Shown: piece by piece, positions 56,074 to 64,000 of the stretch
How the letters are laid out: every line of letters begins with the position of its first letter
Numbering within the stretch: position 1 is the first letter of the stretch
Assembly (NCBI RefSeq): GCF_009914755.1
Contig: NC_060928.1
Strand: one strand, 5' to 3'
DNA: 64,000 bases
Source: the human T2T-CHM13v2.0 reference genome, Homo sapiens
Position numbers and translations under genes: made by a program
The notes under the pieces: generated by a model
The model's input: only the letters and a program-made list of their open reading frames with translations
What the model was told of the DNA's origin: nothing
The model's database searches: none

Positions 56074-56079
56074 AATAAA
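56074..56079 (+). terminator. Polyadenylation signal of the terminal exon
   Basis: AATAAA ~370 nt after the acceptor. Confidence 0.65.
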
Positions 56080-58016
56080 AAGAGAATAAGCAGGATTCGC
56101 AAGAGAACACAATCCCTTTTTAACTGCTGGGAAGATACTTTTAGTCATTAATGACTGGACGACAATTTGGGACACATATATGGATATTGGCCGGTTTGTG
56201 ATGATGTGATTGGGCCTCTAAGTGACAACATTGTTCCCTGTATAGAGTGAGTGGCAAGTGCATTTATAAAATTGGCCATCATGGCTGTTAAATTTATGAG
56301 TCTAGAAGTGTGCCTCTCAAACAAGTATTTGAGAGGTTATCATGAAGAAAAACAAAATTAAAATTATTCTGCTGAGCTCTCAAAGGCAGAACTATCGAAT
56401 CAAAATTATAGGAAGGAAGGTTCAAACCAACAATAAGAATGCCTCTCTTGCATTCCTCATCACTAGAAGTTTCTGATAAGATTTTTAGAAAAATTTAGAC
56501 AGTATTCTTGAATTGAGCAGGGGGATAACACAGAGATAATTCAAATGTGGTTTGATGAACTTCTAAAATGGTTCCAACTATAAACTTCAATTATTCTAGC
56601 CTCCAAGACCTACACATAACTGTGCAATGTGCAAATTATTCAATAGTAACATAGAATTCTGAATAATTAGCATTTTCTCATGGTTTGATATTTGTATAAA
56701 GCAATCTTAGCAGTCTGAATAACTAGAATACTTCAAAGCAATATGTTTTATTGCTTTATATTTAAAGAAACCATGTCAGACATTTAAAATGAATGGCTGC
56801 TATCAGGAAAATGGATCTCAAGACACAAGAAATAAATCACAATGACTTCCTTATTTGTGGAAATTCTTCTTGTACTAGAAAGGAAAAGTAGAAGTATGGG
56901 AAAATGTCTTCCAGAAAATTACATTTTCCCAAAGTTTATTTTAAATTTTAATAATTTAATCAACCATCTGATTCTGATTTCAAGTGTCACAGAAGTTCAT
57001 TTTATTATAAACAACAACAAAAAAACTTTGTAGTCTTGTAAACACTGGTGACAGAGAATAACACCACTAACCATGCTGAGCAGAAAACAGGAGCCAAGTA
57101 AGGGAAAAAGATTCTTTATGTCACTCATCAATTTAAAATGTTTTTCACCCCAGGACCATCCTGAAGCCAAAACTGGGGAAACATTTACTACTTTTACAAA
57201 CAAAAATTTATATTCCATCCCTTGCATGATGTGTGTGTCTCCGACATTTGGTTTCTGTCTTAAGTGTCTAAAGAAAGGCCTTATTTAGAGCAAAATACAT
57301 TTTTGTGGGCATTGATGTGAATTTCAGGTCTGGGTTATCAATGACCTAAATTGAGAAAATAGAGGGGCTGTGTGGACAAGGAGAGAGAAGAGAGCATACA
57401 GCTGCCCTATGCCGTTGCTCTGTTCACAGTGAGGATTGAGCCATTCTAATCCCCTTGGATTTTTTATCTACCAAAACAGCTTGGGCCCATCAGCAAATTG
57501 CAGTGGCATATGGTCCAGGTTTACGAGTAATCTGGCACATGATTAAGGCAAGGGGGATGTCATCTTTCAGCAAATACTGAAAATATTGTAGAAGAATTTG
57601 GTAGAGTTTTTAAATTCAAACTGATAAAATTGTAACTATTAAATACTTCCCCAAATCAACAATTTGGATTTTGTCAAATTGAAACTTTCTTTATTTGTAA
57701 GAAGTTACCATAGGGAAAAATAATGTCCAAGATATTAAGAAATAGGAGTTCTGTTTCTCAATTTTAGGATCAATAGCTCGTATGCTGCTGATTCAGGATC
57801 TGATGTGGCTACACACCATGCTTGTGTTTCAGGGTGGACCAAGTTTACATTTCTCTGCAGTCAGATTACCATTGTACCAACAACTATTCTAAGGTCCCAG
57901 TGAAATAATTTGGACATTTCCAAAAGAGATAAGATGTGAAGACATGTACAATAATAGCTGATGCCTAATATAACCTCATCTGTGTTTCTCAAACTAAAGT
58001 AAGTATCCAGCTACAG

Positions 58017-58186
58017 CAGTGGTTTTCATCCCTGGATGCACATTAGAATCATCTAGGAAGATTATAAAAAGTATCAATGCCACCCACAGAGATTCCAATT
58101 AATTTGTCTTCAGCGAGGCCCGAGCATTAGCATTTTTAAAATGTACCCTAGTATTTCCACTGTTCACCCAGAGTTACAACTCACTG
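58017..58186. mobile_element. MER5A hAT MITE
   Basis: 'cagtggttttcatccctggatgcacattagaatcatct...gagttacaactcactg'. Confidence 0.8.
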
Positions 58187-60549
58187 AATTAGAGCAACAC
58201 TCTAGTGTGCCAGGTGGTACACAAAACCACAGGATTAAAAGCTAAACACATCTTTCCGGAAAATCCATCTGTCTCAAAAATTTGGGGAAGAAAATATTTC
58301 GTTATTTTTTGTTCTGCTTAGATTATTATACATGTAAGACATAAGATATGCCTTATGTCTTATACGTATAAGTCTAAGATGGGTGTAATGTGTAGCAAAA
58401 TATAAAATTCACATGAAGTTTTCAGGCAAAACCATGTCCCAGCACTCTAAGAGGAATAAGGGCATTCATTCATTGTTTCCTTCCTTCATTAGACATTTCT
58501 GAAAAACGAATACATAGGATACTATGCTTTCATTGAGTCTACTTTAGTGTTTTAAATTTCTCCCATATGTTTACTCATACACAGAAAGCTAGTAACTACC
58601 TACTGAAATATTTATCTACTCATCAATTTTGGCATATGTATGAGAGTTCATTTATTTGAGCTTGTCTTTTAACCATTGGGAAAACATTTTTTTAAAGGAT
58701 CTTTAATGCTAGACTGCATTTATGTCTAAACAAGTAGAGCAGTAACAGGTATGATCACACAGGCCTGGCATTGATTCTAATTTTTTCACAGATTATTTAA
58801 TATTTATAACTTTGAGGACCTTGAATAAACAATCCAAGTGGCAGAAAGAAAATAGGTAACATTTTCCCTCTCATTTTGCTTAATATCACAGTGGTCTTTA
58901 GAACAACAACATAGCACCAACAATTTTTCAAGTTTTCAGGTTTTTCTGGGCATTATATTCTTACTCTATCAAGCACTTTCTTATCTGATTAAAGCTGGTT
59001 AGTGCCAAACAAAGCCATGACCACATAATCCAATATGCGTATGACAGAATTAAATTTCCCTGAACCTGTACTCTCAGCATCTATCATATGAGAGACAGGC
59101 CAAGTTTAACTTCATTGTCTTCTAGTCTCTTGTCTTTGCAAGTGAAGTCAGTACTCCCTTCAGAAGGATTCCAGCAATGACTTCTGCCAACAACCTTCCT
59201 CACTTTTCTCCCATTTTCTCTTCAGAGTTAATTAATCTAAAAGTACTCATTAATCCATCTTAACTACAGCTTGCAGAGGAGAAACAAAATAGGAGTTTGA
59301 TTTCACTCTCACCCAGGAAATTTTTGCAAAAATCTCCTGCTGGGTAAAATCAACCAGTGACTATTTGGCCAGCTGCAAAATCACCATAGCAACACGTCAC
59401 TTCATCATGTCAAGACCTGTGCACTGCCTGGACTTTTAGGAGGGCTACTGTATTCAGTGCTACAAACTGACACAGAGGAACAGACGTGAGAGGTTCATGG
59501 CTATGCTCAGTTAGGAAAAATGTCTCATGCCTTAATTTAAAATATTCATGTTGAATATTTATATTATCTGGAAATCCCCACAATCATAAATCCTATGCAT
59601 TGGAGCAAAGCTTTGAGTAGGCTAAAAAGTTCACTGATTGATGGGGGGGAAGAATGAAAGAACTAGTGGCACCAAGGCAGATTCCCACAGTGAAAGGATC
59701 CAAGTTTCTTCCTCCATTTGGCAAAATCAAAGTGAATTTTAATGACTTGCATGGAAAGTTATTTAGGTGGGCAAGAACTGTTTCGTGGTCTGGATTTTTA
59801 AAGTGAGAAAGCAAAAAGATCACAGCAGGAGGAAATTGCAGCCTGGGCCAGAATTAGTGGTAAAAGGTTTGGAAGTGATTTTCCTGACTTCCCCATGAGT
59901 CATGCACATTCTGAAGGTATTAGAGAGAGTCTTGGAGAAGTGAGCTACTTGTCCCCAGCAAAGACGTTTCCAGGGCTAATAGAGAAAGAATTAGAGTCAA
60001 ACCATATAGTCAAGAAAGCCAAGAGGACAATAAGACACAGGATCCTGCAGCAAGCCCATGGAAGGAATAAAATATGGATGGAGGTAAGATTAATTGGTTT
60101 ACTGATAGAGATCACACCCAGAACTATCAAAGCTGTAAAATCTTAAAGTCTTATCCACTGATTTGAATACAGATTCCTGTACTTCTAGCTATCTCATTTC
60201 TACTGTTAACATCCATCTTTCCTAACTTGAGTGAGACTTAGAATTTACCCACATTTCTGTTCTTATCCATTCATCAGTTTCCTCTTGTTCCCATTTCTCA
60301 TGTGGACAATAATCCAGTATTGAATCGCCCCTTTGACTAGTCCTCAATTCTTTTGCCTCCTCCTGCTGCATCTGCCTACCATAACCTCAATCTGGCCAAT
60401 ACTACAATCACTACCAACTAAAATGGAAGAGGTGGGAATAAAATGTCAAGCTATGCAGATCTGTGTCACTGCAAGTTAATGATGTCAAACTAACCCTTAA
60501 TATTAGCTAAAAATCTGTTTGTGTGTTCCTACTCAGCTTGTCTCTTACT

Positions 60550-62480
60550 ATCCAGACTAACCATTCCTATTTTACCTGCTTTTCTCAATTCCCTATCGAT
60601 TAATCTCATTCTTTACTCTCAGCAGAAGGCTTACTCTCATATTTTACAGAGAAAACAGAGACAATAAAGTGAAAACTTGCCCGATTTCACACCCACCCAC
60701 CCACATATTTGCTATATTTGCTTTCTATTTATTTTTTCTCCTGTCTCTTTAAAAAATTGATTTTATTCCCCTTTCTGGAACTAGTCCTGCTATCCCCTTA
60801 CACTCCCATCCAGAAGTTTTTCATTTATTCTTTCTTATCATAAATTTCTGGACTTCACCCTCTCCATTGACATCTCTCACCTACAAGATTGTTCAAGTGT
60901 CTGCCAGGAAAAAAACATTCTCTCTTAACCCTCTACCCTCTATCCATCTCTAAGTACCACTCAGTCTCTCCCCTTCAAAAATTAGTCTATACCTGAGAAC
61001 TTTAATTTCTTATCACTCAGTCTCTCCTCTTCAAAAATTAGCTAATCCAGAAAATTGTCTATACCGGAGGACTTTAATTTCTTATCATTCACTTTCCTCC
61101 TTAACTATTCCTATCTACAGCCACTGCCTCTACTTCACTGAAATAATTCTTCTAAATATAGAATGACTATCTATTCTGGTTTGCCTGGAGGACTCCTCAT
61201 TTATACCTGTTGTCTTATCACAATTATTAATAACAATCATTTGCATTCTCAAATATATTCTATTTTAGATGATAATTTGTATTATCACCCTTTCCACTTT
61301 CCAATGTGTAACTTGCTTTGCTGCGCTGCAGCGATTGCCTCTATAACTTAGGTTCTTTCTTTAAATTCCCTTGACTTCAGGAAACCAGCCCCATGCTTCA
61401 CCAGCTATTTCTTCATAGTGTCATTTATTATCTACTCTTTCTCTACCTGCTTCTTAAGAGATAATCTTGCTACAAGCTTATCCTTTGGCCAATCCTCCTG
61501 GATAATATATTCATGCTAATGGTGTCAATTACTACCAAGTATGCAATAATTCCCAAATATACATATTTGCCAAGGTCTTTCTCTTCATCTCTAGACCTTT
61601 ATATATAACTACCTTTATATAAAACTACCTGTGAGAATTTCCACTTGAATGCCTAAAAAGACACTGTAAATGGAATGCAACTCAAATTGAACCCATCAGT
61701 TTTCCTACCGATCTTTCTCTCTTCCCAGACTACTCTAGGTGAATGGCAGCACCCATATGCATCATTGAAATCATAGACCTAAATGTCATCTTTGACCTCT
61801 CACTTTCCTTTACTCTCCCATCTCTCCAAATTTATCATCAATCTCAATTAATTCTACTGCTAAAATGTTTCTCACATTTTTGACACTTATCTATGTCAAC
61901 TCTGACTACCTTTAGAAACTTATTTGTTCTTCCTTTGTTTACCATAAAAAACCTTTTAACTGGTCTTTCTACATGTACTTGTAATCACCTTTAACCTACC
62001 TGCTACACTGCTACCTCTTTGATTTTTCTAAACCCTACAATGGCTTCACTCACAGTGACTTCAGGTAAGGCTCTTCATAATAATTATCTATCTGCCCAGT
62101 TCTTGCACTTGCTATGTACCAGTTATACTCAACTAAAAAGTACTGGTTGAGCCAAACACTTTTGCATGTGCTTCTTCCTTTCCCTAGAAAGACTCTTCTA
62201 CCACTCCATTTTCCAAATTAGTCTCATGTGGCCTCAATATCAGCTTCCTCTGAAAGTCTTCCAGGTGGGTTTAGGTGGCCCTTCTTACAAAGCATCTCTT
62301 GTTCCTTAAAAAACACAGAGCTTGTCATCCTGTACTGTAATTGCAAAGTTACCATCCATCTCTGCTACTAGACTATGAACTGTGAGACCTCTTTGCATCC
62401 ATGGTGCGTAGCATGGGGCTTTACACAGAGTAGGCACTCTGTGAAGGTTTGTTAAAAATAATTTCATGGATGATTATCAA
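60550..62480 (+). mobile_element. Degraded L2
   Basis: 'ttccacttgaatgcctaaaaagacac', 3' end 'actagactatgaactgtgag...acacagagtaggcactc...gtttgtt'. Confidence 0.7.
61160..61291 (+). mobile_element. MER94 hAT-Blackjack MITE nested in L2
   Basis: 'agaatgactat...ggtttgcctggaggac...aattattaata...tatcaccct'. Confidence 0.75.
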
Positions 62481-63234
62481 CCAACTACAAATAATTTCTA
62501 ATATAACAGGTAAAATACATCTGAATAATGCATTTTTTAAAAATAACATTTCTTTTTCATAGAAATATATGAATTAAATTGAGAGATTTAAAAATCCTGC
62601 AGAACTGCTAAAATTACTTGGCTGAACTCTGCTCCATGGTTCAGGGCTTCATCATGTAACACCTGTAGCTTAATTATTTTTTCTTTGTTATTTATTATTT
62701 GATCATTAAGTCATACCTTTCTGTTTGTTATGGCCATATTAAGGATGTGTTTATGCAGTAATTCAAGTGTTCAGAAAAGCATACCAGCCATTAGCAAGCT
62801 CCTTTTCTTGTACAGCCACCTGCCTGCTTGTTGGGACCTTTTCTCTCTCCTAACTTTTGTGTTTCTGAAATACTTTTAAACTAGATACTATTATGTAGAC
62901 TCTTGGTATTATGTTATTTCCATTCTTTCATACTCTCTTTCTTAGCCCATTTGTGAAATACAATATTTTAAATTTTGTTTAAAAGAAAAACAGTAAAAGA
63001 GAAATTCGATAGGGATCTATGACTGAGGAGAAGAAAATAAAAGCTCCTGCTTTAGCCATGTCATCCCTGGAAAGTATAAAATGACCTGTTACTAAGAAAA
63101 AGTCTGAGCATCAAAGAGGAAATTTGATACAACATTAAACGAATGTATGTCTCATGATTCTTCTCTTCCAACAACAACAAAAAACACTGAAATATGACAC
63201 ATTCATATTTAAAATGAGAAAAGCTCTCATTTAT

Positions 63235-63604
63235 TATTATGGACTGAACATATATGTCCCCTAAAATTCATGTATCAAAATCCTAAACCCAAATGTGATG
63301 GTATTTGGAGGGGAACCTCTGGGAGGTAATTAGATTTAGATGAGGCCATGAGGGTGGGGACTCGTGATGGGATTAGTGTCCTTATAAGAAGAGAAAGCTA
63401 TACCAGAGCTCCCTCTCTCACCATGTGAGGATACAATGAGAAGGTGGGCATCTAAAAGCCAGGAAGGGAGGTCTCACCAGAACCCAAGCATGCTAGTCCC
63501 CTAATCTCAGATGTCCAGCCTCAAATTATGAGAAATAAATTTTTTGTTGTTTAAGCCACCAAGTCCAGAATATTTTGTTATGCCAACCCAAGTTGACTAA
63601 TACA
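63235..63604 (+). mobile_element. MLT1A solo LTR
   Basis: 'tatggactgaac...gatgggattagtgtccttataagaagag...gactaataca'; 5-bp TSD tttat on both sides. Confidence 0.92.
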
Positions 63605-64000
63605 TTTATACAAAACTAACTCAATTTACCCCTACAAAAAGTTTAGGATGGGAGGAAAATAAAAGAATTATTTGTCTTTTTGCTCAGTTTCTGTTAATAA
63701 ATGGCAGAAAGCTTTTTCTTGCTGCCAAGAGACTAAGAGTTTCCAAAACTCTATTCACCAAGATTTCTGCTGATAGTCCATAATCTTCACCCCATCCATC
63801 TGCTTCTCAAAGACTTAGACAATGGTATAATTTGGGAGAAAACATTATATGCTATAAAGCCAAATTTAAGACAGTGTGAAATGAGATAAAATATTTTAAA
63901 TGTATATCCAAAGATGCCTTAAAAATCTCACAAGAGAGATTGCTTAAAGAAAATTCTTAAATAAATTATAATCATATAAGCAGCTTTTTAAAACCTTATT

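Noticed and set aside
56100-56240. Androgen response element-like half sites (AGAACA, TGTTCC)
   Set aside because: No correctly spaced 6-3-6 palindrome; half sites are common by chance

Overview
Primate (human-like), AT-rich and repeat-dense genomic DNA with no bacterial-type features. The window carries a two-exon, LTR-derived transcript on the + strand: exon 1 ends at 22004, a ~33.7-kb intron follows, and exon 2 starts at 55703 with AATAAA at 56074. Its spliced 34-aa ORF (MCCEIYYRLLVLKMEKKSEELRNMDGLGNVEKGH) I recognise from memory as PCAT4/GDEP/PCAN1, a prostate-associated gene at 4q21. Its MLT1D promoter LTR is split by an antisense, 5'-truncated HERV-K(HML-8)/MER11 env+3'LTR fragment. That fragment is flanked by an abnormal perfect 37-bp target duplication and is rich in NKX3-1-type motifs. 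The intron holds a piggyBac MER75 that captured an inverted copy of a neighbouring L1MB segment, a multi-step fold-back/templated repair scar in the donor L1, a sense-oriented SNORA75/U23 retrocopy with TSDs, and a nested stack of L1/Alu/MaLR insertions. The rest is ordinary L1, L2, MIR, Alu, MaLR, ERVL and hAT remnants plus STRs. Repeat subfamily calls come from remembered consensus sequences, and boundaries of old repeats are approximate.
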